A stretch of 64,000 bases of DNA from Candidatus Bathyarchaeia archaeon (GCA_038873195.1 JAVZEV010000001.1:150490-214489), one strand, 5' to 3'; counted from the stretch's first letter, positions 26,192 to 36,765 are shown. Translations and numbers: made by a program. Notes: generated by a model from the sequence alone, not told the origin.

Positions 26192-27889
26192 TCACACAGT
26201 CTTTCCTAAGCGTTCTCTAGCTTTCTCTAACATCTCGTCCAGTTCTTTTTCGTCAGCCTCTATCTTTCGGAATAATGGCTTGGGTTTAGCTATTTCGTGG
26301 TTTGCTGGCAAGGGTTTTAGGGCTTCGTTCCAGTTTTGTTCATGCACGTTGCCTGGTAAGCTGAGGGTTTTCCAGATTTCTTGTGCGGTGAATGGCATGA
26401 ACGGTGCTGAAGTTATGGATAGTGCTTTGACAATTTGTGCTGCAACGTAAAGGATGCATGCTGCTTTATCTTTATCTTTTTTGATGAGGTTCCATGGTTC
26501 TTTCTCGTTTAGGTACTGGTTTCCTATGCGGCTGATGCTTATTAGTGTGTTAGTGGCGGACTGTAATTTGCAGTCTTCGATTTCTTTTGCGATTGTTTCG
26601 ACTTTTTCTTTGAGAGTTTTCAGAATTTGTTGGTCATTTTTGCTTAGGGTTGTTGGTTGTGGGATTTTTCCGCCGAATTGGGTGTTTATGAAGGTTAGTG
26701 TTCTGTGGATGAAGTTGCCGAACGTGTCGTTTAGGTCAGCGTTTACTTTTTCGAGAAATATTTCCCATGAAAAGTTTGAATCTTTTGTTTCTGGTCTTGT
26801 TGCCATTAGAAAGTAGCGCCAGTAGTCTGCTGGGAAAAGTTCTAGGGCTTCGTCTGCCCATATGCCGATTCTCTGGCTTTTTGAGGCTTTTTCGCCTTTG
26901 AACTGGAGGAATTCGGTTGCTGGCACGTTCCATGGTAAAACATAGTCGTCTCCAGAAGCCAGTAGCAGGGCTGGGAAGATTATTACGTGGAAGGGAATGT
27001 TGTCTTTTCCAATGAAATACAACGTGCGCGTGTCCTTGTTGAACCAGTATTCCTTCCATTTTTCTGGTTCTCCACGATTTTTGAAGTATTCTATTGTTGC
27101 TGAAATGTAGCCCAAAACATTCTCAAACCATACGTAGAAGGTTTTGCCTTCTGCTCCTGGGAACGGCGCTGGGATTCCCCATTCTACGTCTCTTGTCATG
27201 GCTCTTGGTTTTAATCCTTCTTTTATGAGGTTTAGGCTGAAGTTTCTGGCGTTTAGTGGTAGTTGTTTGTTGTTGCTGATGTAGTGGGCGAGTTTTTTTG
27301 AGAATTTTGGCAGGTCAAAATACCATTGTTTTGTCTTTTTTATGACTGGTTTGCTTTTGCATATTACACAGTAGGGTTCGATTAACAGCAAGGGTTCTAG
27401 TAGTCTCCCGCAGGAATCGCATTGGTCTCCGCGGGCTGGTTCGTATCCGCAGTATGGACATTTTCCTTCGACGAATCTGTCTGGCAAGAAGCGACTGCAT
27501 TTTTCGCAGTAGAGCATTTCTGTTTCTTGTGTGAAGATGTAACCGTTGTTGTAAATTTTTCTTTGGTGGTCTTGCACGAATTCTATGTGAACGGGGTTTT
27601 CTGTTCGGGTGTAATTGTCAAATGAGAAACCCCATTTCTTGAATAATTCAACAACTTTCGCGTGCATTTTGTCTGTTAGTTGTTTTGGCGAAATTCCCTG
27701 TCTTATCGCTTCGACTTCTATTGGGGTTCCATGCTCGTCTGAACCGCTTACCATTACTACTTCTTCGCCTTTTAAGCGGTAGTATCGAGCGGCAACGTCT
27801 GCTGATAAGACTTGCACTAGCGTGCCCAAGTGTGGGAGATAGTTCACATAGGGCCAAGCGCATGTGACTACGACTTTTCCGAGTTTCAC
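26192..27889 (-). CDS. metG: Methionine--tRNA ligase
   Basis: AWPYVNYLPHLGTL (HIGH region). Zn knuckles CEKC/CPYC/CDSC/CVIC. KASKSQ (KMSKS). Confidence 0.95.
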   Translation of the reverse strand: MKLGKVVVTCAWPYVNYLPHLGTLVQVLSADVAARYYRLKGEEVVMVSGSDEHGTPIEVEAIRQGISPKQLTDKMHAKVVELFKKWGFSFDNYTRTENPVHIEFVQDHQRKIYNNGYIFTQETEMLYCEKCSRFLPDRFVEGKCPYCGYEPARGDQCDSCGRLLEPLLLIEPYCVICKSKPVIKKTKQWYFDLPKFSKKLAHYISNNKQLPLNARNFSLNLIKEGLKPRAMTRDVEWGIPAPFPGAEGKTFYVWFENVLGYISATIEYFKNRGEPEKWKEYWFNKDTRTLYFIGKDNIPFHVIIFPALLLASGDDYVLPWNVPATEFLQFKGEKASKSQRIGIWADEALELFPADYWRYFLMATRPETKDSNFSWEIFLEKVNADLNDTFGNFIHRTLTFINTQFGGKIPQPTTLSKNDQQILKTLKEKVETIAKEIEDCKLQSATNTLISISRIGNQYLNEKEPWNLIKKDKDKAACILYVAAQIVKALSITSAPFMPFTAQEIWKTLSLPGNVHEQNWNEALKPLPANHEIAKPKPLFRKIEADEKELDEMLEKARERLGKTV

Positions 27890-27984
27890 GGCACCTCCAA
27901 ATTTTCATTTAAACTGTTATCCTCTTGTAAATTCTATTACTTAAAGATAAATGAGAAAAAAATGTTGATGGAAGTGTGCTGTTG

Positions 27985-28590
27985 TTATTCTTCCGTGGTT
28001 TTCCATGTTACTTGTGGTCTGCGTGTTGACAGGAATATGGTTGAGGCTATTATCATTGTGCAGACGATGATTAGTACAGTTAGTATTGTGAACAATGTTG
28101 TTAGTTTGTCCATGTCTTGAATGCTCGTTGGAGCTGGTGTGCTTGCTATGCTGATTGGAATGTTTCTTGTTTCTGTTGTTTTGTCAGTTACTGCTTGTAC
28201 TTTTATGTTTGGGATGCCGGAAGCTATTGCTCTGCCGTCTGTGGGCACCGTGAATGTTAGTGTAAAGCTTCGGTTTTCACTTGGGTCGATTGTTGGGTAT
28301 TGTATGTCTTTGATTGTTTCGTTTCCTTCCCATATGTAGTCATCATGCCATGGATATTCCACGGTGATGCTCTTTATGGTGACGTCTTCTGTTCCGTCGT
28401 TGTATATCCAGATGCGAAGTGTTCCTTGTTCGCCTGGTTTGTACTGTGGTTTGTCTACGTAGCCGTAAATCTCTATGCTGGCGGCAGCTTTAACGGAAGA
28501 CGCAAAAGATAACGCTATTAGTGCTGCCATTAAAGTTGATAACAAAAGTTTTTCTTTCAATTCTGAACACCTTTTCAAAGTTGATAACAT
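27985..28590 (-). CDS. Membrane-anchored surface protein with one CARDB-like beta-sandwich domain
   Basis: N-terminal signal-like segment, GTLRIWIYNDGTEDVTIKSITVEY, C-terminal TM LTTLFTILTVLIIVCTMIIASTIF. Confidence 0.4.
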   Translation of the reverse strand: MLSTLKRCSELKEKLLLSTLMAALIALSFASSVKAAASIEIYGYVDKPQYKPGEQGTLRIWIYNDGTEDVTIKSITVEYPWHDDYIWEGNETIKDIQYPTIDPSENRSFTLTFTVPTDGRAIASGIPNIKVQAVTDKTTETRNIPISIASTPAPTSIQDMDKLTTLFTILTVLIIVCTMIIASTIFLSTRRPQVTWKTTEE

Positions 28591-28669
28591 GATCGGTATT
28601 TAAAATTTGTCACGTTGGAATCAGTGTCCGACTTAACCAGAGTCTTCGCTATCGGCTAATTACCCTTTT

Positions 28670-29881
28670 TCAAAAGAATTCTTTGACAATTTTCGTCAAA
28701 ACTGAAGCGTTAGCGTTGGTTCGGATTCCTTTTGGGTTAAAATGGGTTGCCGCTGCTTCGAATCCTTTTTCTTTCAAGATGTCAATTATTTTTTCTGTTG
28801 ATGGGACTGGAAGCGCCATTTTGTCGCATATTTCGTCGATGACATAGTATGTCGGTGGCGCGTCCGCTTCTTTGCTTATTAGATTTAGGATTTTCGCTAT
28901 TTTTTGTCCTGTTTTCAAAACTTTGCGTTTAGCTTCGTTTTTCATTGTCTCGCAGAATTGCTGGTCTGCTAGTTTTCCTAGCCACAATGGACCTGCGAAG
29001 TTCATCTTTGAGTTGCATTCGCTGCATTTAAGCTGGTCTGTTTTGAATACTCTTTTTGTGTTTTCTCTGTGGAAGCATCTGGAGCAGTGAAGTATGTAGC
29101 CCATTTTTTCTATGCTTTCGTCTGCCTTTTTTGCGCCGTAGTTTATTGTTGCGTATACGCGTATGTAGTGGTTTGCGCTGTGGCTGAAGATTACGGTTAT
29201 GCCTATGTCGTGTTTTGCTGCTATCGTGGCTAAGCATCCAGCTAACAGTCTAACGGCTACTTCGTGGCAGTATTCTGTGCGTAGGGGTTTTCCACCGTAT
29301 TTGCGTATGCAAGCTTTTGGGTGGACTCCGCAGAGAGGCGCCATGTCTGTTGCTGTTAAGGCTAAGAGTCCGTTGTTGCGTAATGCGCGGATTGCAGAGT
29401 CTATGTAGGGTACGGGTGAACCGAACGGGTCTATGTCTATGGCGTCGAATCTTTTGTGTGGTGCAGAGTAATGCGCTAGGAGAAGGTTTGCATCTTCGTT
29501 TTTGACTGTGACGCTTTTGCCTAGTTTGTTTTTTTGCACGTTGATTCTGGCGAGTTGGGCGGCTTTGTCGCTGATGTCGTTTATCAAAACTTTTTTTATG
29601 CCTTTAACTTCTGTTGCGAAGCGTATTCCTCTTATGCCGCAGCCGGTTAAGGGTTCGCAAACGGAGATTTCTCGGTTTGCTGTTTTTTGGTAGGCTTGTA
29701 AGGCTACGACTGCTATGTCGCGGTTGAGTTCCATTATTGGGTTGTAGAAGACTGGAGCTTTTGAGGGTGCGTAGTCTGAGGGTTGTTTTATGAAGGCTTT
29801 GAGTTTTGGAACGAGAATTTTGGTTTTGCCTTCTTGGATTGTTTCTGTTGGAAAGTCTATGGTGGCGTTTGTTTTTTTCAT
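28670..29881 (-). CDS. trm1: tRNA (guanine26-N2)-dimethyltransferase Trm1
   Basis: FYNPIMELNRD, EPLTGCGIRGIRFA, IDIDPFGSPVPYIDSA, and a Cys4 insertion CSRC...CSEC. Confidence 0.9.
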   Translation of the reverse strand: MKKTNATIDFPTETIQEGKTKILVPKLKAFIKQPSDYAPSKAPVFYNPIMELNRDIAVVALQAYQKTANREISVCEPLTGCGIRGIRFATEVKGIKKVLINDISDKAAQLARINVQKNKLGKSVTVKNEDANLLLAHYSAPHKRFDAIDIDPFGSPVPYIDSAIRALRNNGLLALTATDMAPLCGVHPKACIRKYGGKPLRTEYCHEVAVRLLAGCLATIAAKHDIGITVIFSHSANHYIRVYATINYGAKKADESIEKMGYILHCSRCFHRENTKRVFKTDQLKCSECNSKMNFAGPLWLGKLADQQFCETMKNEAKRKVLKTGQKIAKILNLISKEADAPPTYYVIDEICDKMALPVPSTEKIIDILKEKGFEAAATHFNPKGIRTNANASVLTKIVKEFF

Positions 29882-29961
29882 GTTTTTGTTTTTCTCCGAG
29901 AGTATTTGGGTATCGAAATATTTTAATGCGTTTTGTGTAGATGTGTAGCGCGTGAGAGTGT

Positions 29962-30810
29962 ATGAAAGCGTTTGTTTCGGTTGATATGGAGGGCATGCCG
30001 TACGTTGTTGTTCCGGGGCATTTGAATTTGAAGGGTAGTTTGTATGAGGAGGCTAGGAAGATTGCTACTAAAGTTACGCTTGTGGTTGTTGATGAGTTGC
30101 ATAAGAAGGGTTTTGACGAGGTTGTTGTTGCTGACAGTCACGGTCCAATGGTTAATGTTCATGTTGAGGATTTGCCTGAGTACGTGGAGATTATTAGGGG
30201 TTTTCCGCGTCCGCTGAGTATGGTTGCGGGTGTTGAAGGGTGTGATGTTGCTGTTTTTCTTGGTTATCATTCTAAGTTTGGAACGGCGAAGTCTTCGTTT
30301 GACCATACCTACAGTGGCGGAAGCATTAACAAGTTAGAAATTAATGGTGTTGAGGTTAGCGAGTTTCTCTTTAATGCGTATGCTGCGGGAGACTTTAAGG
30401 TTCCAGTGATGCTGGTTGCTGGCGACGCTCAACTGTTAGAAGATGATGTTAAGAAGTATGCGCCTTGGGTTGAAACTGTGGCTTTGAAGCGTTCTTTGAG
30501 CAGAGTTTCCGCTAAGAGTCCTGGAATGGTGAAAATTGAGAGTGAATTGAGAAAGGCTGTTGATAAGGCGGTTGCCAACTTTAAGCGCAAGAAGGTTAAG
30601 CTGTTGGTTGCTGGTAAGCCTGTTAAGTCGCGTGTTACTTTTTTGGCGAGTCACTTTGCGGATGTGGCGGGGTTGCTACCTTCAGTTAAGCGAGTTGACG
30701 GGTTATGTGTGGAATACACGGCGAAGAGTATGGTTGACGCGTATAAGACGTTTGAGTTGCTGGTGCTTGCTGCAGCGGGGATTTCGTCTTTGCTTACGAA
30801 TCTTTCTTAG
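29962..30810 (+). CDS. M55 family metallopeptidase (DppA-like D-aminopeptidase)
   Basis: MKAFVSVDMEGMPYVV...VVADSHGPM...FLGYHSKFG. Confidence 0.8.
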   Translation: MKAFVSVDMEGMPYVVVPGHLNLKGSLYEEARKIATKVTLVVVDELHKKGFDEVVVADSHGPMVNVHVEDLPEYVEIIRGFPRPLSMVAGVEGCDVAVFLGYHSKFGTAKSSFDHTYSGGSINKLEINGVEVSEFLFNAYAAGDFKVPVMLVAGDAQLLEDDVKKYAPWVETVALKRSLSRVSAKSPGMVKIESELRKAVDKAVANFKRKKVKLLVAGKPVKSRVTFLASHFADVAGLLPSVKRVDGLCVEYTAKSMVDAYKTFELLVLAAAGISSLLTNLS

Positions 30811-30815
30811 GTGTT

Positions 30816-31379
30816 TTGAAGCTGGTTAAGTTGCAGAAACGAATTTTGCTTTTAACTGGCGTTCCGGGTGTTGGGAAGTCAAGTGTTCTTTTGAAAATTG
30901 TTGAGGCGTTCAAAGCTAGAGGCTACCGTGTTGGCGGAATGTTAAGTCGTGAAGTTCGCTCTTGCGGCACACGGGTTGGTTTTGAAATTTTGGATTTAAG
31001 CAGTGGCGAGCGTGGGTGGCTTGCGCATGTTAATCAGCCTAGCGGTCCAAGGGTTGGCAAGTACCGCGTGAACTTGGAAGACCTTGACAGTGTGGGCGTT
31101 GCTGCGATTTTGAGGGCTGTTGATGGTTTGGACGTGGTTGCTATTGATGAGGTTGGACCGATGGAGTTGTTTTCTGAACGGTTTAGGGAAGCGGTTAAGC
31201 GGGCTGCTGAGAGTGGAAAGCTTGTGGTTGGCATAATTCATTGGAAGGCAGGGGATAAACTGATAAATGAAATTAGAGCCAGAGAAGACGCTGAAGTGCA
31301 TGTGGTTACTTTTGAGAACAGAGGAAACCTACACGAGGTAATACTTGAAAAAGCAGTCAAATTTCTAGAAAACACATAA
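30816..31379 (+). CDS. Nucleoside-triphosphatase, THEP1 family
   Basis: LLLTGVPGVGKSSVL Walker A, VVAIDEVGPME Walker B. Size about 185 aa. Confidence 0.8.
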   Translation: MKLVKLQKRILLLTGVPGVGKSSVLLKIVEAFKARGYRVGGMLSREVRSCGTRVGFEILDLSSGERGWLAHVNQPSGPRVGKYRVNLEDLDSVGVAAILRAVDGLDVVAIDEVGPMELFSERFREAVKRAAESGKLVVGIIHWKAGDKLINEIRAREDAEVHVVTFENRGNLHEVILEKAVKFLENT

Positions 31380-31450
31380 GAGCGCTTTGTATAGCTTTTT
31401 AACTGTAAATGATCAAAAAATAGAGCGTAAAGAAAATACAATAGTGATTT

Positions 31451-32023
31451 TTAGTAGTTTTCTGTCCAAAGCTCATAATAGCTTCTCGGGTGGTCGCACA
31501 CTGGACATTTTTCTGGCGCTTCTCTGCCTTCCATCACGTATCCACAGTTTCGACACTTCCACATTACAGGCTTGTCTCTTTTGAAAACTCTGCCAAGTTC
31601 AACGTTTGCTAGCAATTTTCTGTATCGTCTCTCATGATACTCCTCAACCTTCGCAACATTCCGAAAAGTTCTAGCAACCTCTGGAAAACCTTCCTCTTCT
31701 GCAATCTCTGCAAAATTAGGATAAAGCGTACCCCACTCGTATTTTTCACCTTCAGCCGCAGCCCGCAGGTTCTCTGCTGTCGAAGCAATAACGCCTGCTG
31801 GATAGGCTGCAGTAATCTCCACCAAGCCGCCTTTTAGAAACTTAAAGAAAAGCTCAGCGTGTTCTTTCTCGTTGTCCGCTGTCTCCGTGAAAATCGCCGC
31901 AATCTGTTCGTAACCTTCCTTCTTCGCAACGCTGGCAAAGAAGGTGTAGCGCATTCTAGCCTGTGACTCGCCAGCGAAAGCCGCCAACAAATTCTTCTCT
32001 GTTCTGCTACCTTTCAATTCCAT
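31451..32023 (-). CDS. rbr: Rubrerythrin
   Basis: Ferritin-like ExxH pairs ([16 protein letters not shown]) plus a C-terminal rubredoxin CRNCG...CPVC. Start taken at MELKGS, which follows GGAGGT. Confidence 0.9.
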   Translation of the reverse strand: MELKGSRTEKNLLAAFAGESQARMRYTFFASVAKKEGYEQIAAIFTETADNEKEHAELFFKFLKGGLVEITAAYPAGVIASTAENLRAAAEGEKYEWGTLYPNFAEIAEEEGFPEVARTFRNVAKVEEYHERRYRKLLANVELGRVFKRDKPVMWKCRNCGYVMEGREAPEKCPVCDHPRSYYELWTENY

Positions 32024-32163
32024 CCAATACCTAACCTCCATTATGGCTCATATATTTGCATGCAACACTCATAAAAGAGTTCCTCAAAACCACCCAAAAT
32101 CAACCGAAAATTCAACCTATAAATAAGGGGGGTATAGCTACTCAGAGCACACAAACAAAAAAC

Positions 32164-33246
32164 TCAAGGAACAACATTCAACCCAAAACCACCAAAACAC
32201 GACCAATACCTACGCAACAACCTCTTCAACTCATCAATAGTTCTCTCAACCACCCTAATACAATGAGCTGGCTCTTTCGGCAGCGGAAAAGAATCTTCCA
32301 CATGAATCTCGTTCAAACCAGCCACTCCAGCAACAAGCGCATACCAGCACATCGGCAAAACCTGCGGATTATAACCACTTCCAGGAATCAAAACAACTTT
32401 TCCACCACAAATCTTATCCGCCGTTTCTCTAATCAGCCTTGAAACTCTAAAAAAACCATTCACAGTCAAATTCAAACCTCCAAGCATATCAGCAAAATGC
32501 GCATCGCTTCCACCATTAGCAATTATCACCTCGGGCTTAAACTCCTCTGCCAACGGAACAAAAATCTCATTTAACGCATAAAGATACGTGTTATCACTTG
32601 TGCCTGGAGGCAAAGGCACATTAATGTTACAACCTTCTCCAGCGTACTCTCCAATCTGTTCAACAAAACCAGTTCCCGGATAAATTGTTCTCGGGTCCTG
32701 GTGCAAAGAGATGTAGAGCACGCTTGGATCTTGATAGTAGATGTCGCTTGTGCCGTTTCCAAAATGCACATCATAATCCAATATTAGAAAACGCTTAACA
32801 TTATACTTTGCTCTCAAATGCTCAACCAAAACAGCCACATCATTAAATATGCAGAATCCACCGCCATAACTGCGTCCAGCATGATGATAACCACCACCCA
32901 CAGAAATTGCACGCTTCACTTCCCCACCAAAAACAGCCCTACCACAACGAATCGCACCACCAACAATTAACAGTGCAGCCTCCAAAATCTCCGGTGAAAC
33001 AGGCGTCTCAACATCATAAGGCTTGTTCTCCCTTGCCAAACGAAAAATCAAATCCACATAACCCTCTTCATGAACCCTTAACAACTCCTCTTTCGATGCT
33101 GGTTGAGGTTCAACAAGAACAATTTCCGAAAGCTTAAACAAACCTTGATTTTCAAAAAACTTCATAGCATTTGCGAATCTGTCTCCTCTAAAAGGATGTC
33201 CTTCGCCCAAATCATACTGTCTAAATTTCTCGTGAAAAGTCATCAT
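32164..33246 (-). CDS. Histone deacetylase / acetoin-utilisation (AcuC) family deacetylase
   Basis: GGGYHHAG, LILDYDVHFGNGTSD, GGSDAH. Start taken at MMTFHEKF (track ORF start 33291). Confidence 0.85.
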   Translation of the reverse strand: MMTFHEKFRQYDLGEGHPFRGDRFANAMKFFENQGLFKLSEIVLVEPQPASKEELLRVHEEGYVDLIFRLARENKPYDVETPVSPEILEAALLIVGGAIRCGRAVFGGEVKRAISVGGGYHHAGRSYGGGFCIFNDVAVLVEHLRAKYNVKRFLILDYDVHFGNGTSDIYYQDPSVLYISLHQDPRTIYPGTGFVEQIGEYAGEGCNINVPLPPGTSDNTYLYALNEIFVPLAEEFKPEVIIANGGSDAHFADMLGGLNLTVNGFFRVSRLIRETADKICGGKVVLIPGSGYNPQVLPMCWYALVAGVAGLNEIHVEDSFPLPKEPAHCIRVVERTIDELKRLLRRYWSCFGGFGLNVVP

Positions 33247-33365
33247 CACTTTGTCAACCAATCGCCATGCACTCTCAAAAAAGATAAACACACGTTACGA
33301 TATATAAGAAACTCTGTAATCCTGAGCTTAACTAGAAAAAAAGAGCGAAGTTATCTATTCGCTTG

Positions 33366-33965
33366 CTACGCTTCTTGTTTTTCTGCAGTTTGCGGTTGAG
33401 CTTCTGCTGGTTGCGCGTGTTCTTGTGCAAGCTCAGAAGTTGTTATTTCTTTGATTTCAACAACTGGCGGAGCTTCTTCGACAACTTTGATTTCAACTTT
33501 AGATCCATCAATATTTTCTGAAGGCTGTGGCTCAATTTTTTCTTGCACGCTCACATCTACTGTTAGGTTCAGCGTATTTGTCGAAAGCTGATTTATGGCT
33601 TCTTTAACAGCGCCTAACTCCTTCCTTGCAGTGTCAAGCCCAACAGACAGAAGGTTGATTTCGCGTTGATAAGTTTCATCGTCAACCTCGCCTGTCACAT
33701 GCTGAATCTCAAAGTTTGCAAGAAACATCTCCAACGTTTTGATTTGCTCTTCAAGCTCCTTCATTTTAGTATTCATTTTCTCCAGCAAAGCCTTCTGCTG
33801 CTTTTCAATTTCCTCCACTGTCGCGTCGATTTCCTTGTTGAAAAGTTCATGCGTCGGCGGCGAAATTTTGCCGGTGTTCAATAAATTGTCCAAAGCTTGC
33901 TTCTTTTTCTTCGCCATCTCATATTCTTCGCTTAATCGCTTAAAAGAGTGTTTCCACGAAATCAA
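33366..33965 (-). CDS. CdvA-like coiled-coil protein (no PRC-barrel domain)
   Basis: KQALDNLLNTGKISPPTHELFNKEID...LEMFLANFEIQHVTGEVDDETYQREINLL. This resembles the repeated 'G-E-I-x-x-x-x-Y' coiled-coil segments of CdvA. Acidic/Gln-rich tail. Confidence 0.45.
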   Translation of the reverse strand: MISWKHSFKRLSEEYEMAKKKKQALDNLLNTGKISPPTHELFNKEIDATVEEIEKQQKALLEKMNTKMKELEEQIKTLEMFLANFEIQHVTGEVDDETYQREINLLSVGLDTARKELGAVKEAINQLSTNTLNLTVDVSVQEKIEPQPSENIDGSKVEIKVVEEAPPVVEIKEITTSELAQEHAQPAEAQPQTAEKQEA

Positions 33966-34083
33966 TTATTAACACCGTTCAGTTTTAGCCGCAAAAGAAA
34001 GAGATAACGTTTGTTAACATGTAGATATATCGCTACGTAATTCTTTTTTATTATATCTACACGTTTTTTGGCTACGCATGAGT

Positions 34084-35367
34084 TTATTTCCTCTTTCTGA
34101 ACAGTTGAACATTGTCAATTTCGCAGACATATTCAAACCCTGCTTCTACTAATTGTTTAGCCTCTTCCACAGTTTTAGCTGTTGCCGAATGGTATTCGTT
34201 GGTTTCAAAGTTGACTAGTTGAGTGTAGATTAAAGTCGTCTGCAAGTTTCTATGTCCCAAAGTTTTCATAACGTGCAGAATGTCTTTGGTTTTAGCGTAT
34301 TCCATTGTTGCCTTCCAATGCCTAAACGTGTGGAAGTGAATTTGCAGCAATCTTGGATTCTGAAGTTTAACTGCTGCTTTCCTTCTTTGCAAGCTGAAGC
34401 TTCCTTCCCAACTTGACAAGTGCCTATATCCAAAGATGCGGTCTGAAGTTTTCGGAAGACTGTTAAGCATCGCCATAAGCTCAGTTGAAATTTTGATAAC
34501 TCTGCACACGCCATGTTTTTCCGTGCTGTTCAATATTATAGTGTCCGTTTTAGTGTCAAGATCTTTCCATTGAAGCTTTAACGCTTCACCTACACGGATT
34601 CCTGTTTCTTTAAGCAGCCTCAACAATGCACTAAGCTTTTTTCCGCAGCTTGCTATTAAACTGTCAAGCTCGCTTTCTAAGGGAATGAAAGGCACTTTTC
34701 GGTTTGGCTTGTAAATTGGCGGTTTCCATTTTATTTGGTTTAACTCTGCAAATTTTCCGTAAACTATCACTGCCAAAGACTTTGTGGATTCACTCCATCT
34801 TTTCTGTTTAGCAATAACTTCTTTTACGCTTTCAGGGTTTGAAAGGTCTGCTCCATACTTCAACAGCAACTTCAAAGTTTTAACATAGTTTTGTATTGTT
34901 GCCTCGTTTATTCCATCGCTGGCTAACTGAAACATAAACTGAACAATTTTTCCTTTAACGTCTTGCTGTGCGGTTTCTGTGGCTCCCGCTTCCCGCTTTT
35001 CGCTTGTTGCTTTTGCCGCTTCCATGACAAGAACCTTCTTGCCATGTGCATCGCTATTGCATTGTGTCAAACAATTCTTAAAAGACTTTCCGCCTTTCCC
35101 ACTTTCCCCAAATGTGACAAAAGAAGACTGAGATTCAGCATTTGCTGAAAAAGAAGCTTGATTTAAGCTTGTTTTGTGACATTTGTCACTTGTAAATTTA
35201 TTTACAAAAGAAGCTGATTCTGAGCTTCTTTTGTCAGATTTCTGACTAAACCGATAACCACAGTTTCGGCAAAGCCACCTTTGAACTGTTGAACCATCAC
35301 TAAGATAACGCAAACCATCCTTATAGAGAAGCTGAGAACCACATTCTGGACAGCACAGCCGAGCCAT
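34084..35367 (-). CDS. Tyrosine recombinase/integrase with an N-terminal zinc ribbon
   Basis: CCPECG...CRNCG ribbon. Catalytic residues GIRVGEALKL (R), HTFRHW (HxxR), GHRNLQTTLIYTQL (H..Y). Confidence 0.9.
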   Translation of the reverse strand: MARLCCPECGSQLLYKDGLRYLSDGSTVQRWLCRNCGYRFSQKSDKRSSESASFVNKFTSDKCHKTSLNQASFSANAESQSSFVTFGESGKGGKSFKNCLTQCNSDAHGKKVLVMEAAKATSEKREAGATETAQQDVKGKIVQFMFQLASDGINEATIQNYVKTLKLLLKYGADLSNPESVKEVIAKQKRWSESTKSLAVIVYGKFAELNQIKWKPPIYKPNRKVPFIPLESELDSLIASCGKKLSALLRLLKETGIRVGEALKLQWKDLDTKTDTIILNSTEKHGVCRVIKISTELMAMLNSLPKTSDRIFGYRHLSSWEGSFSLQRRKAAVKLQNPRLLQIHFHTFRHWKATMEYAKTKDILHVMKTLGHRNLQTTLIYTQLVNFETNEYHSATAKTVEEAKQLVEAGFEYVCEIDNVQLFRKRK

Positions 35368-35379
35368 TAGCCTTCACTA

Positions 35380-36765
35380 TCAGTTTAACTTTTGGTTAAG
35401 ATATGTGTGGCTGAAGTTGGGGGTAGAATTTTCTACACCTGCAGAATTTTTTACCCCCATATCCGGCAACACATATCTCATGTAACGCTTATCCAACGGG
35501 TCAGGCTGCTCAACAATTAATCCAGAACCATCCAAAATTTTCAGTATATCCGAAGCCCTATCCCTTCCAATAACCTTATGATAAGTGTTGTAATACCATT
35601 GCTGGAACTCTTTTCGGTTAATGCCATTTTCTTTGTCTTCCAAATAGGGTTTTAAATGTTGAAATATGCGGAAGATTTCAGGCGGCAACCCTAACTCGTT
35701 AGCTTCCGCAACGCCATAGTAAAGCCTGAAGCCTGCCTCGACATCTTCGTCATTCACTATTATCGTGTCACCTACACGTTCGCGGTGCATAAAATTTAGC
35801 AATGCATGAGCTTTAATGATGGCTAAAAGTCGCGTAATGTCTCTTTGGTGTCTCGGAATTAGAAACTTATGGTCTTCGAGAAATTGCTGGTAAATTTGGC
35901 TGCGTTTTTCCTCTGGAATTCGCACATACTTTATCTGTGCTGCTTTCACATTTGCCACACGTTCTTTAAGTAAGCGCCTTGCTGGGTCTTCCATCATACG
36001 TTTATTGAAGGCTTCCCTATCCGCTTCCTTCTCAATTTTTAAAGCGATGGTTTCTCGCAGTTTCTCCTGATTAATTTCTGGACTAAGCAATAGTAAACGT
36101 GTCTTCTCCTGTTCCGCCATCGTGAATTTTGCCGTGCAGAAAACAACCGTAGCAAAGCCTTTGATGACAATGTTTTTAGTTCTTAACCCTGCCTTTTCCT
36201 TCTTATCCGTTATCCACGCTACGACTTCCTTCTCGTCGTGGCTTAACAATGCGCGCAATCTTTGAAGCAGTTGGTCATGTGGCTGGTCTAAAAAAATAAT
36301 GATTTTCTTCTGCAAATCAATAAGGTAGTAGCTGCCCTTTAACAGTTGATTCCACTCTCGCATTTTCTTTCTATACACGTTTTCGACATGTTCTCTGGAA
36401 GGTTTATCCATGTCAAACTCTAAATTTTCCTTAATCTTAGCCTTCGTAGGCTTCGCTTCCCAATTAACCGGGATTCCCTCTTTCAGCATCAGTTTGCCGT
36501 AACCGTGAAAAAAAGCCGTTGGCGAAGCATAACCCAACTTGATAACGTCTTCGTCTGGAAAGTACCAGCTTAACTCCAAAGGAATATACGATTTTCCCGT
36601 GCTGCTTTCAGCCAAATAGCCAATGTTAATCTGGTCTTCTTCAGTGTAAGTAAGCAGCATGGCAAGGAACGTTATAGCCTTGTTTTCGTCATCGTGCTTT
36701 ACGGTTGAACCTAAAACCTGAATCAAATCGTCAACGGTTAAAGTTTTATTTACATCTTCAGCCAA
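35380..36765 (-). CDS. P-loop ATPase, putative element replication/partition protein with a C-terminal winged-helix-like region
   Basis: Walker A-like AESSTGKSY, Walker B-like KIIIFLDQ. 461 aa. In an operon between the RHH and the integrase. Confidence 0.45.
   Translation of the reverse strand: MAEDVNKTLTVDDLIQVLGSTVKHDDENKAITFLAMLLTYTEEDQINIGYLAESSTGKSYIPLELSWYFPDEDVIKLGYASPTAFFHGYGKLMLKEGIPVNWEAKPTKAKIKENLEFDMDKPSREHVENVYRKKMREWNQLLKGSYYLIDLQKKIIIFLDQPHDQLLQRLRALLSHDEKEVVAWITDKKEKAGLRTKNIVIKGFATVVFCTAKFTMAEQEKTRLLLLSPEINQEKLRETIALKIEKEADREAFNKRMMEDPARRLLKERVANVKAAQIKYVRIPEEKRSQIYQQFLEDHKFLIPRHQRDITRLLAIIKAHALLNFMHRERVGDTIIVNDEDVEAGFRLYYGVAEANELGLPPEIFRIFQHLKPYLEDKENGINRKEFQQWYYNTYHKVIGRDRASDILKILDGSGLIVEQPDPLDKRYMRYVLPDMGVKNSAGVENSTPNFSHTYLNQKLN

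Noticed and set aside
29604-30306. Two overlapping minus-strand ORFs (130 and 127 aa), very rich in Arg/Asn/Lys/Thr.
   Set aside because: They are highly biased, repeat-like translations antisense to or overlapping trm1 and the M55 peptidase gene. They have no start context and no plausible fold.
33966-34083. A search for an att direct repeat matching the tRNA-Lys 5' region or its upstream flank (41480-41560).
   Set aside because: I could find no shared stretch of 10 nt or more by eye. The only structure is an 8-bp inverted repeat, GTAGATAT...ATATCTAC. The element boundaries are therefore left as approximate, and no att sites are annotated.
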